Assembly: GCA_965248925.1 (NCBI GenBank)
Contig: CBDFLE010000006.1
Span: forward strand, 2,368,001 to 2,432,000
DNA: 64,000 bases
Direction: 5' to 3'
Source: Candidatus Multivoradales bacterium
GTDB taxonomy: Bacteria > Acidobacteriota > Thermoanaerobaculia > Multivoradales > J023
The translations under genes were made by a program, and so were the position numbers. The notes under the pieces are model-generated. The model was not told the DNA's origin and made no database searches. It worked only from the letters and a program-made list of their open reading frames with translations. Below, one piece after another: positions 30,415 through 39,677 of the stretch (its first letter is position 1; each line of letters opens with the position of its first letter).

Positions 30415-31572
30415 CTAGCTCCTCAAAGGGGTGAATTTCTCGCCACCCAGCGCCTGGCGAAGACGCTCGCTGAGTGGGCTAGTCTCACCTTCTCTGCGGC
30501 AGCGCGCACGCTGCCAAGTCTGATCGTCGATCTGCAACACGATCGCCGCAACTTTGGGATCGAACTGCTTTCCGGACTGGCGCGCAATCTCAGCCCGAGT
30601 GGTTTCCAAGCTCAGCGCCGGGCGATAGGGGCGATCCGAAGTCATCGCATCGAAGGTATCGACCGCGGCAAAGATCCGTGCCGGTAGGGGAATCGCTTCA
30701 CCTTCGAGCCCGTTGGGATAGCCGTTGCCATCCCAACGCTCGTGATGGGAAAGAACGATGTCGAGGCCGATTCTTGAGATCGACGACATGTGTTGCAACA
30801 TGCGGTGGCCCATCTCGGGATGCTTGCGCATGACTGCCTTCTCCGCCTCGTCAAGCCCCCCGCGCTTGCCCAGGATGGCATCTGGAACCCCGATCTTGCC
30901 AACATCGTGCAGCACCGCGCCCCAGCAAATAGCGCTAAGGTCGGGCTCGACAAATCCCATCCTTCGAGCGACATTGACCGCGTATTCGGCCACCCGCCAT
31001 GAGTGACCTTGGGTCTCGTTGTCGCGCAGGTCTAGAGCGGTGACCAGAGCTTCCAACGCCTCTTCAAACGACCCCTGGAGCTGGACATAAAGATCGCGGA
31101 TCTCTTCATTCTTGGTCACTAGCTCCCGGGTGCGCTCGTCGACCAACAGTTCAAGCTCCTGTCGATAGGCTCGATTCTCGCGCAGCAGACGGCGCTTCTC
31201 GAGCGCCCGCGCGACGATGATCTCGACTTGCTCTAGATCGAATGGCTTGGTGATGTAGTCGGTGGCCCCTTGACGGATCGCGCCAAGAGCAACGTGGGTG
31301 TCGACCACGCCGGTGACCATCACTACGTCAAGATCCAAATCGCGCGCGGCCACCCAACACAGAAGATCGAGCCCGCTTCCATCGGGAAGGTCGATGTCGA
31401 CCAAGACCAGGTCGAGGCGTTCTTGCAGCAGGCTTTGCTTCGCTTCCGCGACCGAGCCCGCTTCGCACACCTCGTGCCCGGCAACACGCATCATTTCACC
31501 CATCAGAGTGACCACCGTCGGTTCATCGTCGACGATCAAGATTCGGCTGGAAATGGCAGCTGGCGAACTCAT
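30415..31572 (-). CDS. response regulator with HD-GYP c-di-GMP phosphodiesterase domain
   Basis: REC domain (IVDD, D-I-D-LP, KPF), HDVGK, HHERWDGNGYP, RPYR. Confidence 0.93.
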   Translation of the reverse strand: MSSPAAISSRILIVDDEPTVVTLMGEMMRVAGHEVCEAGSVAEAKQSLLQERLDLVLVDIDLPDGSGLDLLCWVAARDLDLDVVMVTGVVDTHVALGAIRQGATDYITKPFDLEQVEIIVARALEKRRLLRENRAYRQELELLVDERTRELVTKNEEIRDLYVQLQGSFEEALEALVTALDLRDNETQGHSWRVAEYAVNVARRMGFVEPDLSAICWGAVLHDVGKIGVPDAILGKRGGLDEAEKAVMRKHPEMGHRMLQHMSSISRIGLDIVLSHHERWDGNGYPNGLEGEAIPLPARIFAAVDTFDAMTSDRPYRPALSLETTRAEIARQSGKQFDPKVAAIVLQIDDQTWQRARCRREGETSPLSERLRQALGGEKFTPLRS

Positions 31573-31644
31573 TCAACGACGATCCTACATCAGCCGGAAA
31601 TCGCCCTGGCAGAATCCTAGCGAAGCCTGACAAATGACCGCCAC

Positions 31645-33480
31645 TCACCCCTCTCGGCCGCTGGTGGGCTGCTCTCGTTGCAGTGCAGGTGGCACATCCA
31701 ACACTCGCAGAATCGGCAGCAGACCCACTGTATCGTCCCAGAAAACGGTTCGTTGGTACCACCACGCCCAGCGAGCAAACGGGTCGGCGGCGAAATCCTC
31801 GTCGGCCAGTGCTTGTTGCCAGGCCTGACGCTGCTCCGGCTGACCTAGCAAATCATCGACCAGACCCTCCAGGACTCGACTCTCGATGTACTCCTTGCGC
31901 TCGAAGACTGACGACAGAAAACCCCAAGCAAGCAGCGAGTCGGGTGCCTCAGGCTCGAGCAACTGCACGGCTACCTCGAAGTCCGGTTGGTCCGCCGGCA
32001 CCCACAATGCTCCAGCCGGCACCTGCAAGCGACGGCGAGACCGCTCCACCTCGAAGGCTTCGACCCGGTGCCGCCCCTGGTAGGGGAGAGGGGCAAATTG
32101 GGGCTCTGACAAATGCGCAAGCTCAGCCTCCAGCTCGCATGGCTGCTCGATGCGCCGCCACTCGAGACCGTGCGCCGCCAGCCGCTGCTCGATCGCCGGC
32201 CAACCCGGCAGGATCAAATAACCCCTGGGCCGGGGCAAAGTCAGTACCGCCTCGGCGATGTGGATCCACGGCACCTCGAGACCCACCGGGTCGAGCAGCT
32301 CACCCCGCTGGTAGTGCAGCAGGGGCACTCCAAGCACCTTTGATGGCCGATGTTGCCAACGATAGACCGGCCAGCGGATGGTGTCGCCGGTGTCCTGCTG
32401 CTGCCAGGAGACGACGATTTGCGAGGGCTCGGCCTGGGCCGCGCCGCGCTGTTTAGTCTCGTCTCTGGCGCGCAGAATCGCCCGCCGCAATGCAGCGCCA
32501 TCGCTCGACAGTCGCGAGACCAGCGCGCGGAGAAACTCCGCCAGCGCCCCCACCCGCTGCCGGTAGGGTTTGTAAGAGTGCATTTCCACCAGGATCGAAG
32601 GGCGGTGGCGGAGGGGGAAATAGCCACCCGAGTAGCGCGGTTCGCCGACCCAGGAACTGAAGCCGCGAGCGGGGTCGTTGCGGTCGTTCAGGCCGGCATA
32701 GGGCCCGGTCGGATAACCCGCCGCTGTGACCCTCGCCAAGGCTGGCGGCAAGTTGGCTCGCAACCAGTGATCGATCGCCGGGTGAATCTGCGGCGCTTCG
32801 ACCCACGACCAGGTGAGTACCCAGGCATGGTCCGAGCCATCGGTGACGTGGTTGTCGACATGCAGATCCGGCTGCCAGTCGGCGACCAGACGCAACAAGG
32901 CGCGGGCTTCGACCGATTCGGCCTTCAAATGGTCGCGGTTGAGGTCGAGGCCAGCGGCGGTGGTGCGAAATCCCATGCCCTCGACCGGCCCGTCTTGATT
33001 GGGTCGGTTATGGGGGGAGACCCGCTCGTGGCCATCGACGTTGTAGATCGGAATGATCAGCAAGATCACCCCTCGGATCAACTCTGGCCGCCGCTCGAGG
33101 GCGATATCCCGCAACAGCTCGAGCGTGGCGTCCTTACCGTCGATCTCGCCCGCGTGGATACCGCTCTGGATTAGCAGGATCGGCTGGCCGCTACGCCGCG
33201 CCGCGGCGGCGGAGAAGTGGCCGTTCGCCGAGACCACCACCAAGGGCAGCGCCCGCCCCGAAGCCGAACGGCCGAAAGTGTCGAGATGGATCTTGGGCGA
33301 GTGGCTGGCCAAACGCTCGAGATAGGCCAGGGTCTCGGCATAAGAAGGGGTAGAACGGTAGGACGCCAACTCCGCCGGGGTGGCCCACTCCGGGTCGCTG
33401 GCTTGCGCGACAGCCACCCCTATTTCGGCAAGCAGACAGAACAAGACAAGAACCCGCAACAACATCGGCCGATTGAGCAT
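31645..33480 (-). CDS. M14 zinc carboxypeptidase family protein, secreted
   Basis: Signal peptide, IHAGE, NVDG, DLNRD, HVDNH. Confidence 0.87.
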   Translation of the reverse strand: MLNRPMLLRVLVLFCLLAEIGVAVAQASDPEWATPAELASYRSTPSYAETLAYLERLASHSPKIHLDTFGRSASGRALPLVVVSANGHFSAAAARRSGQPILLIQSGIHAGEIDGKDATLELLRDIALERRPELIRGVILLIIPIYNVDGHERVSPHNRPNQDGPVEGMGFRTTAAGLDLNRDHLKAESVEARALLRLVADWQPDLHVDNHVTDGSDHAWVLTWSWVEAPQIHPAIDHWLRANLPPALARVTAAGYPTGPYAGLNDRNDPARGFSSWVGEPRYSGGYFPLRHRPSILVEMHSYKPYRQRVGALAEFLRALVSRLSSDGAALRRAILRARDETKQRGAAQAEPSQIVVSWQQQDTGDTIRWPVYRWQHRPSKVLGVPLLHYQRGELLDPVGLEVPWIHIAEAVLTLPRPRGYLILPGWPAIEQRLAAHGLEWRRIEQPCELEAELAHLSEPQFAPLPYQGRHRVEAFEVERSRRRLQVPAGALWVPADQPDFEVAVQLLEPEAPDSLLAWGFLSSVFERKEYIESRVLEGLVDDLLGQPEQRQAWQQALADEDFAADPFARWAWWYQRTVFWDDTVGLLPILRVLDVPPALQREQPTSGREG

Positions 33481-33642
33481 GACAAGACCTCCTGATCCGG
33501 AAGCAACAAGAGCTGTACCGCGAGTGGACTCTACCCGGCTCTACGCCGTTTGCGGCCAGGAGTTGCGCGGTGCAGGGTTCTCATCGACCCGAGGCTCTGG
33601 CAGACTGCGTTTGCTGCCGCGCTCGATCTTTGGAGACCGTTG

Positions 33643-34653
33643 ATGCCCACCATCCCACGACCGCTTGTAACCCCTGAAGACGCCGCCGTCTGGGCCGCCG
33701 AGCACTATGGCATCGAAGGCCAAGTGAAGGAGCTGCCGAGCTACGCTGACCGCAACTTCATGATGGACTCCGCCGCCGGCCGGTACGTCCTGAAAATTTC
33801 CCACAACGACACCTTCCGGCAAGACCTGGAACTCGAGAACGCGATCATGGCTCGCCTCGCCGAGAGCGACTTGGGAGTTGCCGTAGCACGGGTCCTGCGG
33901 GATCGCGGCGGGCAGCGAATCGGCGAACTGGACACCGCGGAAAGCTCCTATCTAGCTCGAATGCTGACCTTCTTACCTGGCCGGCCGCTGGCCGAATCGC
34001 CGCCCAAAGAGCTACGCCAGTTCGAAAATCTGGGCGCCTTGGTCGGCCGCTTGGACGCGGCGCTGGAGGACTTCGTACATCCTCGGGACGGGCGGCGGCA
34101 CAGCTGGGATCTTCGTCACGGCGCCGCTCATCGCGATCTGGTGCGCTGGGTCGAAGATGGCGTGGATCGGCGGCTGGCCGAACGAGCCTTCACCCGCTTC
34201 ACCGACCTTGCCTGGCCGCGCCTACCCAGCCTGCGCCAGTCGGTCATCCACAACGACGTCAACGACTACAACCTGTTGCTCGACGACCCGGGTGAACTCT
34301 GCGGCCTGATCGACTTCGGCGATGTGGTGCGCACCGCAACGGTCTGCGACCTGGCCATCGCCTGCGCCTACGCCGCGTTACGCCAGCAAGAACCTTGGCC
34401 CGTGGTCGAGGCTGTGGCGCGGGGCTACCACGCCGTCTATCGCCTGCGAGAAGAAGAGATCGAGCTGCTCCACCCGCTGCTCCTCGGCCGGTTGGCGATC
34501 AGCGTGGTGATGTCCTTCAAAGAGCAACGGCAAGAACCCGACAACAAATACCTGACGGTCACCCAACGGCCGGCCCTGACCGCCCTGGCCAAGCTGATCG
34601 AACTGCCCCCGGCCGACGCCGCGAGCCGCTTTCGCCAGGCTTGCGGCGGATAG
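33643..34653 (+). CDS. APH-superfamily phosphotransferase (hydroxylysine/homoserine kinase-like)
   Basis: DRNF, VLKI, HNDVNDYN and IDFGD motifs; GGAG RBS. Confidence 0.85.
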   Translation: MPTIPRPLVTPEDAAVWAAEHYGIEGQVKELPSYADRNFMMDSAAGRYVLKISHNDTFRQDLELENAIMARLAESDLGVAVARVLRDRGGQRIGELDTAESSYLARMLTFLPGRPLAESPPKELRQFENLGALVGRLDAALEDFVHPRDGRRHSWDLRHGAAHRDLVRWVEDGVDRRLAERAFTRFTDLAWPRLPSLRQSVIHNDVNDYNLLLDDPGELCGLIDFGDVVRTATVCDLAIACAYAALRQQEPWPVVEAVARGYHAVYRLREEEIELLHPLLLGRLAISVVMSFKEQRQEPDNKYLTVTQRPALTALAKLIELPPADAASRFRQACGG

Positions 34654-35069
34654 CGGCAGCACTTCAGAGCAGATCCAGCCAGCTGGCGTTGGCTCAAGGT
34701 AGCAGCTACTATCTGAGTAGCGGCCTTGATCGTCGTAGCTAACTTAGGGGAGTTCCCGGCTTCGCAGCGGCCGCAAAACCGTATAGCCTATGTGGTTATC
34801 TGCACTTTGGTTGATTTCGTTCGGTTCTTCTTCGGCAATATGGCGCGCTGAGCGCCTGCACTGAGTCGAGTTGCCTGGCGGCCATTCGACCGTGTTTCGC
34901 CCATAGTGGCCGCTTGTCGGTGGCCCAGCAGCGCTAGTAGAGCGTAAGAATCGTAACTATACGCAGATACATAATGCTAAGTGGCACACTGCGTACCACT
35001 TTCACCCTAAATGAAGCCACGGGTCTTGGGAGAGAACCCTGGCTTCCTCTTGCACTCAGGAGACGGCTC

Positions 35070-35147
35070 ATGATTCGCGTCAACCTTCAGCTCTGTCAGC
35101 CGAACACCCATCATAGCTACCATCCCAACTTCGATCCCCTCGGCTAG
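35070..35147 (+). CDS. putative 25-aa peptide MIRVNLQLCQPNTHHSYHPNFDPLG
   Basis: AGGAG RBS 7 nt before the ATG, hairpin at 35013-35046 upstream; below ORF-track cutoff; no homology evidence. Confidence 0.4.
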   Translation: MIRVNLQLCQPNTHHSYHPNFDPLG

Positions 35148-35208
35148 TCTAAAGAAAAAACCAGAGACCGCTGAAAAGTCCTAGACTCAGGCCAGTTTCC
35201 GATTTGGC

Positions 35209-35237
35209 TTGGTGCTGGACGCAACTTCCGGTATACT
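35209..35237 (+). promoter_or_regulatory. sigma70-like promoter candidate
   Basis: TTGGTG-N17-TATACT upstream of the TPR gene. Confidence 0.35.
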
Positions 35238-35305
35238 TCCCGGAACTTAGTGTCCTGGAATTCCTCTCATCCGCTGTGATTGTGTCTAGTCTCGTTGCGT
35301 CAGTA

Positions 35306-36331
35306 ATGGAAGATCTAGTAGATAGCACTCGCCGAAGCCCGGCTTTTTTGGAGAGATACCTGAAAGCCGTTGAGTCTGTGCGCCTAGAGAATCCTAAAGA
35401 GGCTTTCGAGATGGCCGAGACGGGTCTTCAGCTGGCAGCGCAGATCTCCCAAACCGTCTACGGATATCAGACTTGCCAATTGGTGATCGCCAAAGCTTGG
35501 GGCGCGCTGGGCGGCACCTTTCGTGCGATAAACCGGTTTGACGAGGCCGAGTGGTCTTACCGTACAGCAGCCTGCTATCTGAGATGGGCCGCAGCAGGGA
35601 AAGTCGAGAAGGCTGAACTCTGCCGTCGTCTGGCATTCCTGAGAAGAGACCAGGGAAAATTCCGGGAATCACGCCGCTTGCTAACCCTTGCAATCGAATT
35701 CTACCGCTCGGAACACCAAACCAGCCTCCTCGGCCAAGCGTTCGCCGATATGGGCCGAGTCCTTCTTACCGAGAGTGAAGATCCTCGGACGACTGAGCGC
35801 TACCTACTGCGCGCTCTGGATTGCTTGTCCGAAGAAGACGAGGCGTACGTCCTCTCGGTCCGTTTCAGTTTGCTTGCCCTCTACTGTGAACACGGCGGCG
35901 GTTTGGGCGAGCCCCAAGCGCTTCTAGAGCTGGTGCAGGAGATCAAGACGCACCCCATGTTCACCGAAGGTTCGGCTCTCCAGGCCGATGTTTTGCGGCT
36001 AGAAGGCTTAGCCCTCAACCGGGCCGGCAGACCGACCGAAGCAATTCGGATACTCGGCAGGGCACGGGATCTATTCCTCTGTCACGAAAATGGACTGCAC
36101 GTCGCAATAACGTCTATGGAGTTGGCAATGATCTGGCTTCAGCTCGGTTCCTACGAGGAATGCCAGCGCCTCGCTGGCGAGCTGTTCCCAATCTACAAGT
36201 CCCTGAAGAAGGATCGTGAAGCAGCAGCGGCCCTTGCGCTTTTCATCAAGAGCGCAACCGACGGCCAACTGGATGCGGCGGTCACTCGTCAAGCGTTGGC
36301 ACGCCTACAAACGCAAGTCAAAAATTCCTGA
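35306..36331 (+). CDS. tetratricopeptide-repeat protein
   Basis: Repeated TPR-like helices (AKAWGALGG..FDEAEWSY, GKFRESRRLL, GRPTEAIRIL); start uncertain. Confidence 0.8.
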   Translation: MEDLVDSTRRSPAFLERYLKAVESVRLENPKEAFEMAETGLQLAAQISQTVYGYQTCQLVIAKAWGALGGTFRAINRFDEAEWSYRTAACYLRWAAAGKVEKAELCRRLAFLRRDQGKFRESRRLLTLAIEFYRSEHQTSLLGQAFADMGRVLLTESEDPRTTERYLLRALDCLSEEDEAYVLSVRFSLLALYCEHGGGLGEPQALLELVQEIKTHPMFTEGSALQADVLRLEGLALNRAGRPTEAIRILGRARDLFLCHENGLHVAITSMELAMIWLQLGSYEECQRLAGELFPIYKSLKKDREAAAALALFIKSATDGQLDAAVTRQALARLQTQVKNS

Positions 36332-36333
36332 CC

Positions 36334-36738
36334 TTATTCTCTCCTGATTTGCTGCGCCTCAAGCTTGGTCCTGAGCCATCGGACCTCATCCGGTGCCAAC
36401 CGACCTGCATACATCTGATCCAGTCTTTCTAGGGTCTTGGCCAGCGCCGCTCGGACCTCCGGATTGTCCTCGGGAGTCCCCATGAACTCATCCAGCCAAT
36501 CCACCGGAACAGTCTCGGGACTCGCGTCAATGCCTTCAAGCGCGTTCTGTAAATCATGAAAATCGTACCCTAGCACTTCAAGATAGGCATTCAGACTCAT
36601 CACGTCGGGGGTCTCTTCGCCGCTCTCCCAGCGCTCTAGAACCTCGGCACTAGGGGCCGTATCGGCCAGCGCCGAGGCCTCGGCGCGGGTCATCTTGATC
36701 GAATCTCTCAGGGCTTTCAAGGCTTCAGCAACTCGCAT
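36334..36738 (-). CDS. XRE-family HTH protein
   Basis: LKALRDSIKMTRAEAS..VLERWESGEETP pattern. Confidence 0.7.
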   Translation of the reverse strand: MRVAEALKALRDSIKMTRAEASALADTAPSAEVLERWESGEETPDVMSLNAYLEVLGYDFHDLQNALEGIDASPETVPVDWLDEFMGTPEDNPEVRAALAKTLERLDQMYAGRLAPDEVRWLRTKLEAQQIRRE

Positions 36739-36758
36739 CTTGACGATAGCCTAGCAGG

Positions 36759-39203
36759 GTGTCTCAACCGCCTGCCAAATCGACTCGCAGCTCTTCCTCC
36801 GTGAGCCCTGACGCTCTGCCGATCGAGGCTCTTCGTCAGCGTTTCCTGATCGCCCTGGAGCAGGGTCCAGTGGTGGTGACCTCCCCTACTGGTTCAGGCA
36901 AGTCCACCTGCGTGCCGCGCTGGTGCCCTGGCAGGGTGCTGGTGGTGGAACCGCGGCGGGTCGCTTGCCGGGCGTTGGCGCAGCGAGTGGCCGAACTCGA
37001 AGGCCGCAAGCTGGGACAAGAGGTCGGTTATCAGGTGCGCGACGAGCGTCGTTTCGGCCCCAACACCCGCATCGTCTTCGTCACTCCGGGCATCGCGCTG
37101 CGCCTCGGCGATGCCGCCTTGGCTCGCTTCAATACCGCCATCCTCGACGAGCTGCACGAGCGTAGCCTGGAGGTCGATCTGCTGCTGGCCTTGCTGCGCC
37201 AGCGCTTCGGCGGCAGGCTGGTGGCGATGTCGGCCACCATCGATGGCGAGCGGGTGGCGCGGTTCTTGGGCGGCGAGCACCTCCAGTCCGCGGGCCGGTT
37301 GTATCCGGTGGAAATCCATCACTTGGCGGGAAATGCGCTGCTGCCCGATTCTCGCGGCCTCGAGGAACGGCTGCAAGCAGCTCTCGCTCACAGCGGCCAG
37401 CTAGCCGGTGACGTGCTGGTGTTCTTGCCCGGCAAAGGCGAGATCGAGAACTGCGCGGCGATCCTGGCCGGGCGCGCCGAGATCGAGGTGCTCAAACTGC
37501 ACGGCGGTCTGAGCCTGGCGCAGCAGAACCGGATCTTCGCTCCATCGGCCAAGCGCAAGGTGGTGCTGTCGACCAACGTCGCCGAGACTTCAATCACCCT
37601 CCCCGGCACCACCGTGGTGATCGACTCGGGACTGGTACGCCAGACCCGCTACCACCGGGGCCGCGGTTTTCTCACTCTGGTGCCGATCGCCCGCGACAGC
37701 GCCGAACAACGGGCCGGCCGCGCCGGCCGCACCGCGCCAGGGGTGGCCTACCGACTGTGGGACTCCGCCGCACAGCTGGAGGCGCGCACGCCACCAGAGA
37801 TCTTCCGCGAGTCCTTGCTGCCGCTGGTGCTCGGCGCCGCCGAATGGGGCGTGCCGGCGGACCAGCTGACCATGCTCGATCCGCCGCCAAGCCACGCCCT
37901 CGAAGCTGCAACCGAGGAGCTTCGAGCCCTACAAGGCCTTGATTCGGCAGGCCGGATCACCGCGGTCGGCCACAAGCTTCACGGTCTGCCCCTCGACCCA
38001 TCGATGGGCCGCTGGCTGGTGGAGGCTCAGCGCCGCGATCCTGAGCAACAGCTCGGCCTGCTCGCCGACACGATCGACTTGACCGCCGCCCTGGCGGTGG
38101 ACCGGCCCCTGCTGCGCAAGCTGCGGCCGGACCCTGATGCCGACGATCCGATCGAACGGTCACCCTGCGATGCGGTGGCGTTGATCGCCGCGCTGCGCTG
38201 CCGCGAGTACGGAGCACTGCTGTGCTTCCCCTCTTCCTTGAACGAGGCCCAGCGCCATCGCCGCCGTCTGCGGCAAGTCTTCGCTATCGAAGGTCCGCTG
38301 ACCGAGCTAGCTCCCAAGGCCCTCGATCGGCAACGTCTAGCCGCCGCCCTACTGGCGGCCGACCCCCGCCTGGCCCATCTCGCCCGGGTCCGCGGCCGGC
38401 GCACCGGCTGGAGCAACGGCGGCACCGAGATCGAACTCGGCCGCGACAGTCGGGCCAAGGGCGCCGAGGGGGTCGAAGCCATCCTGGTGCTCGAAAGCCG
38501 GGCGCTGGGCCTCGCCGGCAAAGAGACGCGGATCCTGGCCAGCCGAGCGATGCCGGTGCCAATCCGCTGGCTGGCCGATGCTGGCCTGGGGCGTGAGAGG
38601 CTGGCCGAAGTGAGCCTGAAGGACCATCGGGTCGTCACCAAGATCGAACGGGTCTTCGCCCGCCGAACCCTGGGGACCCGCGAAGAAGTTCCCCAGGGTG
38701 CCCTCGCCCTGCAAGCGATGACCCAGCTCTACCTCAGCGGAAAGCTGTTCGCGGCCGCGGCCGAACGTAGCCGCCAGCGGCTCGCTACCGCCCGTCGTGG
38801 TCAGCTGGGAGCAGCTCTGCGAACGGGTCGTGAGCATTGGCGCGAGGCCGTGGGGGAGATCTTCGGCAAACCGGTCCCTGAGCTAGAACCCTGGGTGAGC
38901 GAGCGACTGGCCCAGCTCGGCGTCGAGCACGGCGAGGACCTGGCCCTGCTATCCCCCGGCGACCTGCTGGCACCTGAGCTGCCCACTTGGATCCACCAAG
39001 AGATCGAGCGCGAGCTGCCGGCTGAGATTCAGCTACCGACCGCCAGGTATGGCCTGGACTATGACTTCCCTGCCCGCCAAGTCACCCTGCGAGCGGTGGA
39101 GGGCAAGCCGCGCCAGCCTCCAGATCCGCTCTACCTACCGCGTCTGACCGGTCTCGCCGTGCTGTGCCTGCACCGCGGTAGCTTGCTAACCCTACGTTCT
39201 TGA
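36759..39203 (+). CDS. HrpB-like DEAH-box RNA helicase
   Basis: PTGSGKST, PRRVA, DELH, SAT, TNVAETSIT, QRAGRAGR. Confidence 0.9.
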   Translation: MSQPPAKSTRSSSSVSPDALPIEALRQRFLIALEQGPVVVTSPTGSGKSTCVPRWCPGRVLVVEPRRVACRALAQRVAELEGRKLGQEVGYQVRDERRFGPNTRIVFVTPGIALRLGDAALARFNTAILDELHERSLEVDLLLALLRQRFGGRLVAMSATIDGERVARFLGGEHLQSAGRLYPVEIHHLAGNALLPDSRGLEERLQAALAHSGQLAGDVLVFLPGKGEIENCAAILAGRAEIEVLKLHGGLSLAQQNRIFAPSAKRKVVLSTNVAETSITLPGTTVVIDSGLVRQTRYHRGRGFLTLVPIARDSAEQRAGRAGRTAPGVAYRLWDSAAQLEARTPPEIFRESLLPLVLGAAEWGVPADQLTMLDPPPSHALEAATEELRALQGLDSAGRITAVGHKLHGLPLDPSMGRWLVEAQRRDPEQQLGLLADTIDLTAALAVDRPLLRKLRPDPDADDPIERSPCDAVALIAALRCREYGALLCFPSSLNEAQRHRRRLRQVFAIEGPLTELAPKALDRQRLAAALLAADPRLAHLARVRGRRTGWSNGGTEIELGRDSRAKGAEGVEAILVLESRALGLAGKETRILASRAMPVPIRWLADAGLGRERLAEVSLKDHRVVTKIERVFARRTLGTREEVPQGALALQAMTQLYLSGKLFAAAAERSRQRLATARRGQLGAALRTGREHWREAVGEIFGKPVPELEPWVSERLAQLGVEHGEDLALLSPGDLLAPELPTWIHQEIERELPAEIQLPTARYGLDYDFPARQVTLRAVEGKPRQPPDPLYLPRLTGLAVLCLHRGSLLTLRS

Positions 39204-39264
39204 GCCTTCGCCGCGAATAGAAAGAGCCGCGGCCTTGGCGCCGAGGCTCGTTGGCCAGCACCCT

Positions 39265-39576
39265 CTAGCTGTCGTCGCTCGCTGACATCTCGGTGCTATC
39301 GCGAATTTTCTTCTGCACCGCATCACCGAGGAAGGGAGAAACATAAGCGGCAACGATCAGCGGCAGACCAAGAATCAAACCAAAGCCGGTCAGGCACAGC
39401 AGGAAGCCCACCATGATCAGGCAACCCGGATTGCAACCGCCGGCCTCATCCTCTTTGGCGCGACGCCTCCTTCTCTTGCGACGCTTTCCATCCCGCTCGT
39501 GGTCTACTTCCGCAACTTCGATTTCTTCGGGTTCTTCCATCGGCTGGGTCTCTCCGGCACTGGGGCCAGCGGCCAT
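39265..39576 (-). CDS. small membrane protein
   Basis: Charged N-terminus and hydrophobic GCLIMVGFLLCLTGFGLILGLPLI hairpin. Confidence 0.6.
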   Translation of the reverse strand: MAAGPSAGETQPMEEPEEIEVAEVDHERDGKRRKRRRRRAKEDEAGGCNPGCLIMVGFLLCLTGFGLILGLPLIVAAYVSPFLGDAVQKKIRDSTEMSASDDS

Positions 39577-39677
39577 TGGTTGTCGCAGCTCTTGCAGGGT
39601 TCGGATGCAGGGTTAAACGCTGCCTCAGTCTAGCAGAGCGGCAGCTCTGAGCCGACCTTGGCCGGCGGTTCCAGGAG

